DNA of 64,000 bases from Octopus vulgaris. Its lineage: Eukaryota. Below, piece after piece: positions 41,712-55,149 of the stretch. Numbering within the stretch: position 1 is the first letter of the stretch; each line of letters starts with the position of its first letter. A program made the position numbers and the translations under genes. The notes beneath the pieces are model-generated. The model did not search any database. It saw only the letters and a list, made by a program, of their open reading frames with translations, and was not told the origin of the DNA. The stretch spans positions 33,294,001-33,358,000 of the forward strand of contig OX597818.1 in the NCBI GenBank assembly GCA_951406725.2, given 5' to 3'.

Positions 41712-41978
41712 TCAAGTGTTGAACAGAATGAATACGAAAAGGAGGAAAAGTTAGACGAAAGCAGAGCAAACGGAAAACAAAACTTTACGGACAGGAAGTT
41801 TAGGCAAAAAGACGAGACCCGGAATATACGCAGTAGAGTTTTTCTCGTGATTCAAAAATCAGCTACAAATATTCCGTGTATCGCCTCGTGGTCCGTAAAG
41901 TTTTCGTCTAGTTTTCCGTTTGCTCTGGTTTCGTCTAATTTTTTGGTCCTTGTTGTGTTCTCTCAGTTCAACCCTTGA
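41712..41978. mobile_element. Foldback (palindromic) MITE
   Basis: Ends TCAAGtGTTGAAC / GTTCAAcCCTTGA; internal arms ttagacgaaa.cagagcaaacggaaaac / gttttccgtttgctctg.tttcgtctaa; TA-rich flanks. Confidence 0.78.
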
Positions 41979-42014
41979 TATATCCATGTAGCGCAACGCA
42001 CACCCTGTTTGTTT

Positions 42015-42239
42015 AGCTGGCAGAACCGTTAGCACGCCGGGCGAAATGTCTAGCCGTATTTCGTCTGCCGCTACGTTCTGAGTTCAAATTCCGCCGAGGT
42101 CGACTTTGCCTTTCATCCTTTCGGGGTCGATTAAATAAGTACCAGTTACACACTGGGGTCGATGTAATTGACTTAATCCCTTTCTCTGTCCTTGTTTGTC
42201 CCCTCTATGTTTAGCCCCCTGTGGGCAATAAAGAAATAG
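42015..42239 (+). mobile_element. SINE family A (tail B)
   Basis: Near-consensus copy lacking the first few bases. Confidence 0.92.
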
Positions 42240-42282
42240 TTACACACAAACACACATAGGTTACAGGCGCAGATATATACGT

Positions 42283-42515
42283 TAAGGCGGCGAGCTGGCA
42301 GAAACGTTAGCACGCCGGGCGAAATGCGTAGCCGTATTTCGTCTGCCGCTACGTTCTGAGTTCAAATTCCGCCGAGGTCGACTTTGCCTTTCATCCTTTC
42401 GGGGTTGATTAAATAAGTACCAGTTACGCACTGGTGTCGATATAATCGACTTAATCCGTTTGTCTGTCCTTGTTTGTCCCCTTTGTGTTTAGCCCATTGT
42501 GGGTAGTAAAGAAAT
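42283..42515 (+). mobile_element. SINE family A (tail B), full length
   Basis: A-box-like TGGCAGAAACG and B-box GTTCAAATTCC; 12 bp TSD agatatatacgt at 42271-82 and 42516-27. Confidence 0.93.
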
Positions 42516-43129
42516 AGATATATACGTGCGTTCATATTTTTATGCGTTTTTAAAAGTAATCAAGCTTTATGCTTCTATGCTGAAAAGTGACCTAGTGTCT
42601 GCATTCTTTTTCTTTTTTGCGACTGCATTGTCTGCTTTATGTACGTTCACGTCAACTCTGCGTCGACTCACTCTCTCTCTTTCTCTCTCTCTCTACACAC
42701 GCATAAATATATACTAATTTCTATAAGCCAACATATATGCATATACATATATATACGCGCACATTAATTAATATAAATCAACACACAAATGTATACATGT
42801 ATATTTATGACTTTTTCTAGACTTTTTATCTATAAGTTTGTGTAGTTATATCTATGTTCATATGTATATATATACCTGAAGTCTTGTTACACTCATTCTT
42901 GATGTCAACATCATGTTTCACGTTAAACGTCTGTACAAAGATCAGTGGCGACTAAACACCAATAAATATAATATAGGAATCATGAAGCGTAGCCAAATGT
43001 TTTTTTAAAATGTGGATATTCTGTTGTTATTTGACGCGGCGTTTTTTTAAATTTGATTCTTTTGCATTTTTATCTAATATTATCTATATCTTTGTCTTTA
43101 CATACATATAACAGGTTCATAAATTTATA

Positions 43130-43400
43130 TATACATATGTCTGTCTCTGTGTGTGTCTTCTAGGATCTCGGGCATCCTCCATCCGATTGCGCTCAAATTT
43201 GATATGTAGATACCGACGGTATCAGGGTGTGTATAAGTCTTTAAAAATCGATAAAGCCGTGGAAGCGTGCATTTTTACGCGCAAGTATATCATATGTTGC
43301 GATCGATATCACGCGTGAGCGAGATAAATGCACGTGCAGTTTGCGCAAAAAAAGCCAACTGGCTTGAAATAATGCCAGAAAATGTATATTTAAGAGACCA
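43130..43400 (+). mobile_element. Possible non-autonomous Helitron/Helentron-like element
   Basis: gtctgtct microsatellite followed by ccgattgcgctcaaatttgatatgtag, a motif typical of DINE/HINE-like elements. Ends are not resolved. Confidence 0.45.
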
Positions 43401-43943
43401 AAAAAGTAAGATGCAAAAGAGATATTTTCTTCAAACTTGGCATGAATGAAGTAAAGAATATTTGGTTTCTCAAGAAGTTTTATTTTTTGCCTTAACTTCG
43501 TTTAAGGAAAAAAAATTATTGAAATAAAGGCATGCTTAATCATTTTTTAATGAAAAGAAAACACTGATTGCTTTTTATTCAGCAGATATGATTCGGCAGC
43601 GTCCATTGGTCGGGGAGCGTTTTGCTCGTATATATATAGGATCCAATGATCGAGGTACAGGAAGATAGTTAACCTCAAGCAATTCGTAGTAAAAATAGCA
43701 AAGCAACTTTCAGGGACAATAGTGGTTTGTTGACATGGAAGGTTGTGGATTTTTATCGGTGTCAAAGTACGATAAATTGAAAAATGTTATTTTTTATATT
43801 TCACGGTAAACAACCAGAGTTGCCTGGAATGCGAATAAGAATACAGGATTTAAGGAATGGAGTAGATAAGATCCGGGCTACATATGTTTTATAGCGAGCG
43901 GAATCACGGATATTTACAACTTGTGAGGTTCTTATCTGTTTAC

Positions 43944-43980
43944 CTTTCTGACGAAGAGCTATGCTCAAACCATTAAAAAC
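43944..43980 (+). ncRNA. Decayed minimal hammerhead (same family as 23357)
   Basis: CTTT-CTGACGA-A-GAGC-tat-GCTC-aaac…taaaa. The 5' core and stem II are perfect; GAAA is mutated. Confidence 0.5.
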
Positions 43981-44184
43981 CCACTTTTCTACTTGCATTG
44001 AGCGTCAAACTATTATATCCCATGTGCTCGTCCTCTTCTTGTTTAGTTATTGTTACTTTTAATGTTCGATTGTTAATATCCAGCTTTTAACAGCTTTTAA
44101 CATCCGATTTGACCATACAAACACACACACATACATACATAAATACATACATACACACATAAATACACACACACACACACACAT

Positions 44185-44240
<56 letters not shown>

Positions 44241-45167
44241 TATGGAATACAAACGCAATAAAGGACAATAAAGCATACGGGCAGATTGACGATCCAAAGG
44301 CGTACAGTAGAAACAACCATTAGAAGGACAGGCAAAATAAGACGCGTCATTCGTGGCCTTCCTTTATCAGTCAAGTTACCAGAAGTCCTTACTGCTTCGG
44401 GCAGTTACACGCGAGACAGTTTGATCTGGTTGTCAGCAAAAAAGTCTAAGCTAAGAACATTAAATTTTTTTTTTGTAAGAAACCTATCGAATATGTACGG
44501 CAACAAAACGTAGCGGCAGGCACATCCTACATAGCACACCTGAATACATACACGCACCTGAATACACGCACAAACACACACATATATACACATGTACAGC
44601 AAGAGAGAGAAAGAGAGAGAGGGGGAGAGAGGGAGAGGAAGAGGTAATTGTAAACGTTTTTGTGAAACTAATATTAACATGCCTATTACTTGAATACCAA
44701 TAGCACAATGCATAACCTCTCAGACATATACTAATTTTATTAACCAGTACTTAAATTCATAAACCATTGGGTTAATTGACAATGAGAACCATTTAATAAT
44801 ATATCCCAACCTTTTTCTCCCTTCAGAAATAAGCTGTCCAAAAACACATCCTTTATTTCAATCAATGAGGTATTTTTAGAAACTATGCGATAGACTTCCT
44901 TCGATTACAGAATACCGAAAAAAATTTTAATTTCCTATGTTCGTGTGTAGGACTTCCTGCACAGAAAACTCGTCCCTAAAGTATGCAGTTTGAACAAATA
45001 TATCTATTCATAAATACATTTTTTTTTTTAGTCTGGGGGTTTTTGTGCGAAAAATTATCATTCTCATATGGCTATAATGTTTCATAGTAATTTCATTGTA
45101 ACCTCGGTTTAACAAACTAAAAATATATACATTTGGCTGAACAATTAAATGTCTAGGTATTTGGGTG

Positions 45168-45403
45168 AAAAAAAGGCGGCGAGCTGGCAGAAACGTTAGC
45201 ATGCCAGGCGAAATGCTGAGCGGTATTTCGTCTGTCGTTATGTTGTGAGTTCAAATTCCGCCGAGGTTGACTTTGCCTTTCATTCTTTCGGGGTCGATAA
45301 ATTACGTACCAGTTGCGCACTGGAGTCGATGTAATCGACTTAACACCTTTGTCTGTCCTTGTTTGTCCCCTCTATGTTTAGCCCCATGTGGGTAATAAAG
45401 AAA
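45168..45403 (+). mobile_element. SINE family A (tail B), full length
   Basis: 14 bp TSD taggtatttgggtg at 45154-67 and 45404-17. Confidence 0.93.
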
Positions 45404-45594
45404 TAGGTATTTGGGTGGAAGATATTTTCCTTATTCACTGACACGCAACCAGTCTATGAAGGACGCTGAAATGTGGAATTGTGTTATTAACATCTTTTTG
45501 CCTATGCATACCTAGCATATAATAATAATAACATATAATAACAAAGGTTGTTGAAACTACTGCGCAGTACACTTTGACGTACTACTCTAGCAAT

Positions 45595-45750
45595 ATACTT
45601 TTCTGCTCTAGGCACAAGGCCCGAAATTTTGGGGGAGGGGGCCAGTCGATTAGATCGACCCCCAGTATGCAACTGTTACTTATTTTATCGACCCCGAATA
45701 GATGAAAGGCAAAGACCACCTCGGAGTAATTTGAACTCAGAACGTAACTG
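45595..45750 (-). mobile_element. 5'-truncated SINE family A (tail A)
   Basis: ctctaggcacaaggcccgaaatttt…tttgaactcagaacgt. Confidence 0.85.
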
Positions 45751-45772
45751 CCCTAGCAATACCGATTTGCTT

Positions 45773-46162
45773 TAAGGCGGCGAGCTAACGCCGGCCGGAA
45801 TGCTTTGTAGAATTTCGGCTGCCGTTACGTTCTGAGTTCAAATTCCGCCGAGGTCGATTTTGCCTTTCATCCTTTCGGGGTCGATAAATTAAGTAACAGT
45901 TACGCACTGGGGTCGATGTAATCGACTTAATCCGGTTGTCTATCCTTGTTTGTCCCCTCTGTGTTTAGCCCCTTGTGGGTAGTAAAAAAATAGGTATTTC
46001 GTCTGCCGTTATAGTCTGAGTTCAAATTCCGCCGAGGTCGACTTTGCTTTTCATCGTTTCGCAGTAGGTTAAGTAAGTACCAGTTGAATACTGGTACGAT
46101 GTAATCGTCTTACCCCTGCCTCCGAAATGGCAGTCGTGATGCCAAAATTTGAAATCAATATT
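45773..46162 (+). mobile_element. SINE family A dimer (tails B then C)
   Basis: Junction aaaaaatag|gtatttcgtctgcc at about 45993; the second body is more diverged. Confidence 0.88.
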
Positions 46163-46819
46163 TATTTGCATTGTTTCTTCTTCTAGAAGAATCAATCATA
46201 ATATTTTTACATATTGTAAACGTTGCAGTTGTAAAATTACAATCCGATTGGGATTTGCAACTCTCATTTTGTAAATATCGTATCTTATAAGAGAAAATAA
46301 ATTTAGTGGGGGGAATGAGAAAAAAAAATGAACACAGTTTAGTTTTAATCTTAGTCAACCAGAGAAAAAAAAGCAGATTATATAACCTTTTTAGTCATTT
46401 TAGTCTTAATGAGATCGAGGAATTTGTCTTATCTATTGTAGCTCGACGTATTAAAGAAAAAGTGGAAGGATAGAGAGGGTAGTAGTCCAGAGAAATTCTA
46501 CAGTTTATCGAAGAAAAACTAACATATATTTGCAACACAGGTAAATCAACAAGGAATTTTAGAGAGAAAAAATAATGTCGGTTTTCTTAGTTCAAAGAAA
46601 GATGTAAGTTTTCCAACTAACATAAACCTATTTTAAGGGTATATATAGAAATATTTTATTAAAGTATTTTTAGGACGATGTGTTTACAGAATTGTATGTG
46701 CTTCATTTAACCATCTAGAGTTGCAGAAATAAATACTAGCGCAGAACTGTTGTCAATGGAAATGATCATATATACCACTACTCTAAAATCTGGGATTGCA
46801 CCAAAGTTAAAAATCACTT

Positions 46820-47212
46820 GGACCTTTTCGGTTTGAACGGTATTTTTTTCTAGCGGTTTCATATGAAATGGTCACCCATAATTATGACCCTAGTATCGAT
46901 CTATTGCATTTCAATGTTTTAGGGTTAGGGTTAGGGATGGGCGGAAGGGTATCTTTTTTCCTTCAGAAATGTAAATAAACCCAATCTGTTTCTTAAACGA
47001 GGGACATATTCATACGGCACAGAATGTTTTTTTACCTCAATAGACGTCAGTGATTGGTTGAAATTACAGAAATTGAAGAAGAAAAACAACAACAAATATC
47101 TTACAAACTATAGAATTCTCTCTATAAAGCCAAGAGAAAAAGATACGAAGTTTAAAATTTTTTAGTTACCTAGAAATTATGTTAAAAACTGCCGTTCAAA
47201 ATGAAAAGATCC
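46820..47212. mobile_element. MITE with about 28 bp TIRs and internal (TTAGGG)3
   Basis: Left end GGACCTTTTCGGTTTGAACGG; right end CCGTTCAAAATGAAAAGATCC; TTAGGG x3 at 46919-36. Confidence 0.8.
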
Positions 47213-47360
47213 CAGAAACCCATATTTCTGCTATAGTGTCGTTCAATTAGTTGATCGCTCGCTCATCTACTTGTATACTATATGCAATGTATAAAATTCA
47301 CTTATGTAGAATGCATAGGGAAATACACACACACAAATACACAAACATAAATAGATAGAT

Positions 47361-47425
<65 letters not shown>

Positions 47426-47426
47426 C

Positions 47427-47465
<39 letters not shown>

Positions 47466-47925
47466 CAGATAGGTAGGTAGGTAGACAGAAAACCGACGTA
47501 TCGCACAGAAACAATTAAATCGTATTAATATTTCTAGTTAAACATCTTCTAGATACTGATGGTTAGACATATTCATCTAATGATTCTGTTAAGGAGAAAT
47601 AAGATTCATAACATGCCACTCAGATACAGTTTATAATATAAAATTAATATATTCTATTAATATATGTTCGGATTTAAATACAACTAATTCTGTTCATTTG
47701 TTATACCTTTCTAAACTGCAACACAAGAAGTAATTTCTAATTTCAACATTGTTTGCTGATATAAAGAAAAATATCTAAGTGTGATACCACACATTTCCGC
47801 TTCAGATTTGAGCTAAAGTTTATGAAGTCCATCGATCCATCAAAGCATCGCAGATCGCCGTCATAATTTCAATGATATATTGCTAATTTCGTAGATCAGT
47901 GTAAGCATATCACCATCATATTTTC

Positions 47926-47976
<51 letters not shown>

Positions 47977-48180
47977 ATTAACCAACCAACTCACCCTCTC
48001 TCTCTATTTACCTGTCTATCTTTCTGTCTATCTGCCTGTATAATTGTCGGTGTATTTTATTGGTGCCCGAGTTTCTATGAATCTATTAATTTATTTATCA
48101 AACCAACTATTTATATCGATATCGTTTACAACCTCGCACTACGCAGTAGATAACACGACATGACATGAAGATTTGGGTTA

Positions 48181-48266
<86 letters not shown>

Positions 48267-48268
<2 letters not shown>

Positions 48269-48520
48269 CCAGTTGATCCGATCAATGGAGCCTACTTGTG
48301 AAACTAACGTGCATGTGGCTGAGCATTCCGCAGGCATGTGTATCTTTAACGTAATTCTCACGGAGATTAAGCATGACACGGAGTGTGACAAAGCTGATCC
48401 TTTGAGATACAGGTACTACTTATTTTTGCCAACAAAGTGGACTAGAGCAACGTGAAATAAAGTGTCTTGCTCGACGACACCACACGTCGCCGGGAATTGA
48501 GCTCACGAACTTACGACCGT
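48267..48520 (-). mobile_element. SINE family D, diverged
   Basis: Reverse-complement match to 57021-57340. Confidence 0.8.
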
Positions 48521-50131
48521 ACGATCACTTTCACACACACCCACCCCCCCCCCCCCATATATATATATAACACGAACACTAACAGAGGATTTGACCTTAC
48601 AAAATCCCTATACAAATTTGCCTAAAATCATATATATTTCGCCCTTTTGAGTTTACAGCATCTTATATAATTATGTAAAGCCATGTACGTATTTCAAGAT
48701 ATTATTTTCTCTAACTCTTGGATATGTTCTGCTAAACCTCTCTCTTCTATCTGATAATGTTACTTGGTACTTATGAAAATATTTAATGCCAATAACGGGA
48801 AAATGCATTAAGGAATGCATGTACATATTCAAAAACTTATACAGATTTCATCAAATATTTGAAGTTTTTATGTATAAGAACTTTATATGATACAACATAT
48901 TACAAGCTCCAGAAGACACCTTAACGGATATTATATATCTTAATATCAAAGAAAGTCGATATTATTTTATTGTTCATTTTAATATCATATATGATGTATA
49001 TTTCGCAATTCCGTATTCCAAGTCGTAGAGTCTATTTTCAATATTCAACATATCGAAAAATACAAGACAAAAACACCAAGAATAAACAAGGAAATCAAAT
49101 ATAGCTTTTATATTCTTTTTTATTGAACCAACGATACAAAACGTTAATAGACGTTCGGCTACCATGGGTATTTTTTTGTTCAACCTGGTGTATAAAGTAA
49201 ATACTTTAAATCTAGCTATTTTAATATATTCTGCTTTAATCACAGTTCTATATTTACAAATATATAACAAATTCTCGATATTTCTATTTTGACAAGTAGA
49301 ATTTGCCAGCTTCTGCCACGTACATCATTGCATATATCCAGACAAATTCTCATACGTAGATACTTGGTTTTGCATCCATGCGTATTTAGATATAGGTCTG
49401 TATGTATATTTATGTACGTGAAACAGGAATTAATATAGTTGTGTAGTGTTGTTTTGCGTCAAACAATTTACTTTTCTAACTTTCCATCATATATTTTATA
49501 TGTAACTTTCGTAGCATTGTGAAATTGCAGAAGTTTGGATATTTTTTAGACATAGCTCAACAGTTAAAAGTTGTCTCATTGCCATCTTACAATTCTTCGT
49601 TTGCCAATCTTTCGTGAAAATGAAAATCCCTCAGCATGCTTCTTGGCAGATACAGTACGGTGGCGCTTGACGTCCTTTGCCGTTGAAATCTATATCCAAC
49701 TGTCGAGATTTAAAATGGAATTCGTAATTTTGATTTCCTCTTTTCTTTTTCTACTCTTCCCTTTTCGTATTTGTCCGTCTGTTTAAAATCCTGGAACTTC
49801 TTGATATACTGTTTGTACAGATAAATGTATTAATAAAGTTACAGAGTGCGATATTAACACAATTTATTTCACCACCTTTCCATAATAAATTGTCTTTTAT
49901 AGTTAATAATTTGGCGTAAACAATCAGCGTAGCAAAATTACGTGATACACTAGAGTACAATGTTATCCTTATCACTAGAACATTACCTGTAAACTACAAC
50001 TCAGTTCATGAGCAATATTTAGAGAGCTAATAAGTACATTTTAGGTTAATATATAGTATCTAGATGCAAAATTTCGAATGTGCATTTAAGAAGTCAATAC
50101 ATTCACCTTGGAAATTACTAACATATTATTA

Positions 50132-50445
50132 ACGATAAACGTTCCTCTTTTCAATCCTAACCAGGCTCATGGGCACGGTTTCCCGGTTCCTGTGGCGTAT
50201 GTGTTCCCCAAGCTGGACGGGACGCCAGTCCATCGCAGCGTTACTCAAGAAACAGGAAGAGAGAGTGAGAGAAAATTGTGACGAAAGAGTACAAAAGGGG
50301 TCGCCACCACCCCCTGCCCGAGCCTCGTGGAGCTGTGTAGGTGTTTTCGCTCAATAAACACACACAATGCCCGGTCTGGGAATCGAAACCGCGATCCTCC
50401 GACTGCGAGTCCGCTACCCTAACCACTGAGCCATTGCGCCTCCAC
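50132..50445 (-). mobile_element. tRNA-headed SINE family B (head H1 + tail T2)
   Basis: Head ggaggcgcaatggctcagtggttagg…ggtttcgattccc as at 62081 but with a different tail (gcgatggactggcgtcccgtccag…). 15 bp TSD act(a/c)acatattatta at 50117-31 and 50446-60. Confidence 0.88.
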
Positions 50446-51479
50446 ACTCACATATTATTACTACATGAATCAATTGAAGCCAATATTCTAGTTTTACCAT
50501 CATTGGACAATATTATTTAGAGCTTTGGTTTCACTATAAATACCGTAAAGCCTAGATATACACATACACAACACAAACATCCAAATGCGCTTACATATAG
50601 TAATAGACACAACAGTAATAGGCAATAAATTACAGCTCTGTGTTTGTCACTAGACGACTGTAAACTACCAAATGGTCTGTAAATCATAATGCATATCTAT
50701 TATAAAGCTAATTATAGTATTTTTATTGCTTATACGTAAAATAAACTTTTAATATCAATGACATGCACTTGTAAAATTTATCTCTTGAAGACTCAAATTT
50801 TTACTCTCCAAAATATTCACAACCAGAATACAGAAAATAAACTTATTGTTGTATGTCATATGGAATCTCTATAGTATGTCTTTCGATATGCGTACGGCTC
50901 AGTTAGCTTGAGAAATTCACGTGAGAGAATATGATAATTATAACGTCGATGTTGTTTTGTTTTATTGAACTCATATGAATAAGCGTTAACAAGTATATCA
51001 AAACACAGAATTGCGAATACTTAAATATATTTCTAGATTAAAGGATTCAAGCAAGCATCGATTGAGAATCAAAAACTAATTCAGAGCAAGCAATGATTGG
51101 TTATTATGATATTGTCTCTCCAAAATGTTAGTGAGTTAGTACCTGACTTTATGTCATATATTTAACTATCAAATACTTAAATATTACACTCAGGCAGTGT
51201 TCAGGAGCGTTCGTCATTCATTATCAAAGGCCATGAAAGCAGTGTAGAATTATAAGTATTTCGAGACTTCATAACATGAGCGGTTCGAATAACTATTAAG
51301 CTGTCACTCCAATCAGTTTACCCCTAGAAAGCCGAAGAAAATAATTTCTTTTTATCATTCAAAGTCAAAATTGAACCATGATTCTTTTGGAACCAGTTAA
51401 ATGTCTCTTAGAAGTATTTGCTTTAAACAGGTGCATAGGACTCATGTTTGCACACCTCATGAAAAATTAATTCAATTGG

Positions 51480-51700
51480 ATGAGCTGGCAGAATTTTAGA
51501 GCCTCAAAATAACAAAATGTCTTTACGTATTTGCTCTGGCTCTATACGCTTCAAGTTCAAATTCCGCCACGGTCAAATTTACCTTCAGATTTCCTGGGAT
51601 CGAAAAAAATAATGAACCAGTCATTTACTAGGATGATGATAGCAACTTGCAGCTTCCAATCAAAATTGCTTCCATAGTGTTAAAATTAGATTCAATTATG
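51480..51700 (+). mobile_element. Degenerate SINE family A
   Basis: gagctggcagaa…gttcaaattccgcc. Confidence 0.65.
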
Positions 51701-52332
51701 AGAAATCGTTTTGACAGAAGCTTCCAAAGCAGCACGTAGTCTTGGCACAACACGAAATCTCATTTAGTTATTTAAACACCTGCTACACAAACGAAATAAA
51801 AAGAATTCAAGAAGAGTAGCCATCAACAGCAGTAACAACTTTGTCAACACTGACATTCCACCACGATAGAAAGAAAATTAATATCGAGAAACAATACAAA
51901 AATGGCTGACAACACAAGCAAAGACATAAAACCATCAACTTTAAGACTACTAAAACGATATCAAAATAATGACACAAACAGGAAGCAACCAATAAAAAGA
52001 CGTCACCACTAATATAATGGTGGTCAACGTATCCTTTTACCATTTACTTGATATGTAGTTTAGAGGAAGGAATACGATTCCCCAGCTCGTGATATGATAC
52101 AGTCATAAAAAATATTATTAATATCCTTCCTGAAGCCATGTTAATATTGTCTCTATGAGTAAAGCTGGTTATATACACATAGATATATATCCAGGCACAT
52201 AAGCAGCAGTATACATGCGTATATAAAGTGTTTGTATTTTTACGCGCATTTCTTTGTCTCTGTACATATTTTAGTATCTATGCATGCGTACAAACAGACA
52301 CACAAATATGAATGTATGTATGTGTACTTATA

Positions 52333-52386
<54 letters not shown>

Positions 52387-52628
52387 CATATGTATATATA
52401 TACATGTCTATATATATATACATATATATACATGTCTATATATATGTATATAGATATGTATAGGTATGTATATTATATGCATAGATGAGTGTGTGTGTGT
52501 ATGTACTGTACACACTTTTGTTTTAATATTTATATTGGATGCAGTCAAATTTTATATATTTCATGTGCATGAATACGGATATTTAGGAAGTACATATATA
52601 TGTATGTGTGTGGGTATGTAGGTATATG

Positions 52629-52687
<59 letters not shown>

Positions 52688-52813
52688 CTCTTTCTTCATA
52701 TACATATATATATATATATACATATATATACATTTATCAGTTTGTGTTGCAATATTCCGGATGTGAAATCGTGTGTTGAAACCGATATTGTTGTTTAAAC
52801 ACACGCACTATAC

Positions 52814-53097
52814 ATTTTTTCTTCACTCGTTTATTACTAGCCTTATTTTATCATTTTAATTCATGTGCCTTGTCCGGAAATCCTTCATCACACATCTGTG
52901 ACCTCATCGGCAACATGTTTCATTTTCGTTTGTGTTCTTTTTCCACCCAGTCAATCCTACATGGATTAAGTGGAGCAAGAGCACATACGAAAACGAAAAT
53001 GTCGCTAAAAAGGTCACTGATGTGTGACGAAAGATTTCCGGACAATGGAAATGAGTTTTAAAAAATAAAAAGTGTAATAAAGGTGTGAAGAAAAGAA
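52814..53097. repeat. About 285 bp imperfect palindrome carrying two inverted decayed hammerhead-like motifs
   Basis: ttgtccggaaatccttcatcacacatctgtgacct (52870-904) is the inverse of aggtcactgatgtgtgacgaaagatttccggacaa (53011-45). The arms extend outward and inward to a centre near 52960. Confidence 0.75.
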
Positions 53098-53147
53098 ATA
53101 TAGCTCGTGTGCTTATTTGGCATAACAGAAGACCATCCCGAAATACA

Positions 53148-53179
<32 letters not shown>

Positions 53180-53663
53180 GTGTGTGTATACCCACATACA
53201 CATAAACATATATATATATATATATATATATGTTTGCATGTATGAATATACACGTAATAGCCCATCATTTCATGGCAGAGGTGTAACATTCATGATCGTA
53301 AGATTGATGTTTCGGGTCCAGGATTGGGTGATGCGTTGTATTCCTGAGGAGAGCACTTCATTTCACGTTGCTCCAGTTCAATCATTTGGCACAATCATAT
53401 GTTCCGAGAGAGTGGGAACATATGAGCCACAAAATCCGCGAAACAGTTCCACTGCGCTTGTGACTTGGGAAGGAGCTTTGACATTTTTTAATGATATACA
53501 CGTATAATCATGCATGTAAAAGGCACATATAATTCATATGTAAGTATGTGCGTGCATGTGTATGTATGTGTGTAAGAAATAAATAAGTCAAGTGGGTTTC
53601 GGTAGAGGTGTTCTACCACTAGATTGTTAAGAGGTGCAGAGGATGCTCTACGAAAAAGGAGTC

Positions 53664-53966
53664 CTCCGTCGGTTACGACGTCGTAGGTTCCATCCGATAC
53701 GATCAACGGAAGAGTTTGCTCGTGAAATTAACGTGTAAGTGGCTGATCATTCCACAGGCATATGTAGCCTAAACGTAGTTCTCAGAAAGATTCAACGTGA
53801 CACAGAGTGTGGCTCGTTGAAATGCAGGTACTGTTCATTTTTCCTAGCTAAGTGGACTGGAGGGATGTGAAATAAAGTGACTTGCTCAAGGACACAAACG
53901 CCAGGAATTGAACTCACGACCTCACGGTCATGAGCCAACTGCTCTACCCACTAAGCCACGCGTTTT
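53664..53966 (-). mobile_element. SINE family D
   Basis: Reverse-complement copy of 57021-57340. Confidence 0.85.
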
Positions 53967-54351
53967 CACAATGTTGTACAAGCTATAGAATGTAGGTGGT
54001 AATTGGATAGCACGTATATGGGCAAACGTTTATAATGTATTGGTTGGTGAACATTTAGGTATCTGACAAGCTACAATAGATCTGTCGCAAACTAGATAAT
54101 ATTACTTCTGTTCAGGGTCACCAATTGACAGGAGTTTAAGTATTCATAGGCAGTAGTCAGAGATGTCATTTTAGCAGTTATGTTACATATGTGCCGTCAT
54201 CAAGGTGTCATCAGATAATGTGAGACCTTATATTACTTACATATTTGTGAGGGTTAACAGCGCGTTGTCTACAAACATTAGACAACAAATAGTTGAATGT
54301 GTAACAGAGTATTGTTTTCGTCGTATGACGAGTTACAGTGACAGTGTATCT

Positions 54352-54540
54352 CTGAGCTGGTAGAAACGTTAGCAATAGGACGAAATAACGGTATTTCGTC
54401 TGTCTTTACGTTCTGAGTCGACTTTGCCTGTTATCCTTTCGGAGTTGATAAATTAAGTACCTGTTGCGGCGTACTGGGACCGATCTAATCAACTTCCTCC
54501 CAAAATTTCGGGCTTTGTGTCTAGAGTAGAAAAGATTATC
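54352..54540 (+). mobile_element. SINE family A (tail A) with internal deletion
   Basis: gagctggtagaaacgttagc…gtctagagtagaaaagatt. Confidence 0.8.
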
Positions 54541-54721
54541 GAAAACTACAAGATCATGACTAATCATATGAAAGAGTAGATTTACCGTGTGATGTCCCGG
54601 TTGCGTATTTCTGCGGCATATGAATAACGCTGAAGTCGATGAGTGTGAAATGAAAAGAGCTGCCTAAGATAGAACTTCGTTTCTTCCAAACGCAGATAGA
54701 AGTATACAGTGTGTTTGTTTT

Positions 54722-54805
54722 CATGCTTTTCGCGGAGATAATATTGGACGACATGCTTTTGACGGAGATAATATTGGTCGACATGCTTTTCAGGAGATAA
54801 GATTG
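54722..54805. repeat. 30 bp minisatellite, about 2.8 units
   Basis: catgctttt…ggagataatattgg(a/t)cga repeated. Confidence 0.85.
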
Positions 54806-55149
54806 TTTGTGGCGTGAACAGATATTTAGCGTGATGTGTCTAGTTTATTTGTGGATGACGCTTAAATAGGAAAGATTTGAGAAAAACAAAGGGTAATATA
54901 ATCGAGAAAAAAAAGGACTTTGTTGGATATGTAGTCAAATGCTTGTATAGGAGAAAGAATATGCAGGACAAAATCTGAACTAGAGCTGAGATACATCAAG
55001 GCTGATAGATTTTGGGTCATGAAGAACCCCAGTTGCATACGTCCTGAGACTACCATCTTACAAGACGTTAGTGATTCATATGTGAGGGATAAAATCTGTA
55101 GGTGAGGAGCTTTTTTAAAAACAATTTGAGAGAAAGCAGTAGTCGAGTG

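Noticed and set aside
42195-42240. SINE tail B as a twister or HDV-like ribozyme
   Set aside because: The required pseudoknot pairings and conserved loops could not be fitted; only a simple hairpin is supported.
46919-46936. Interstitial telomere or chromosome fusion site
   Set aside because: Only three units, located inside a TIR-bounded MITE.
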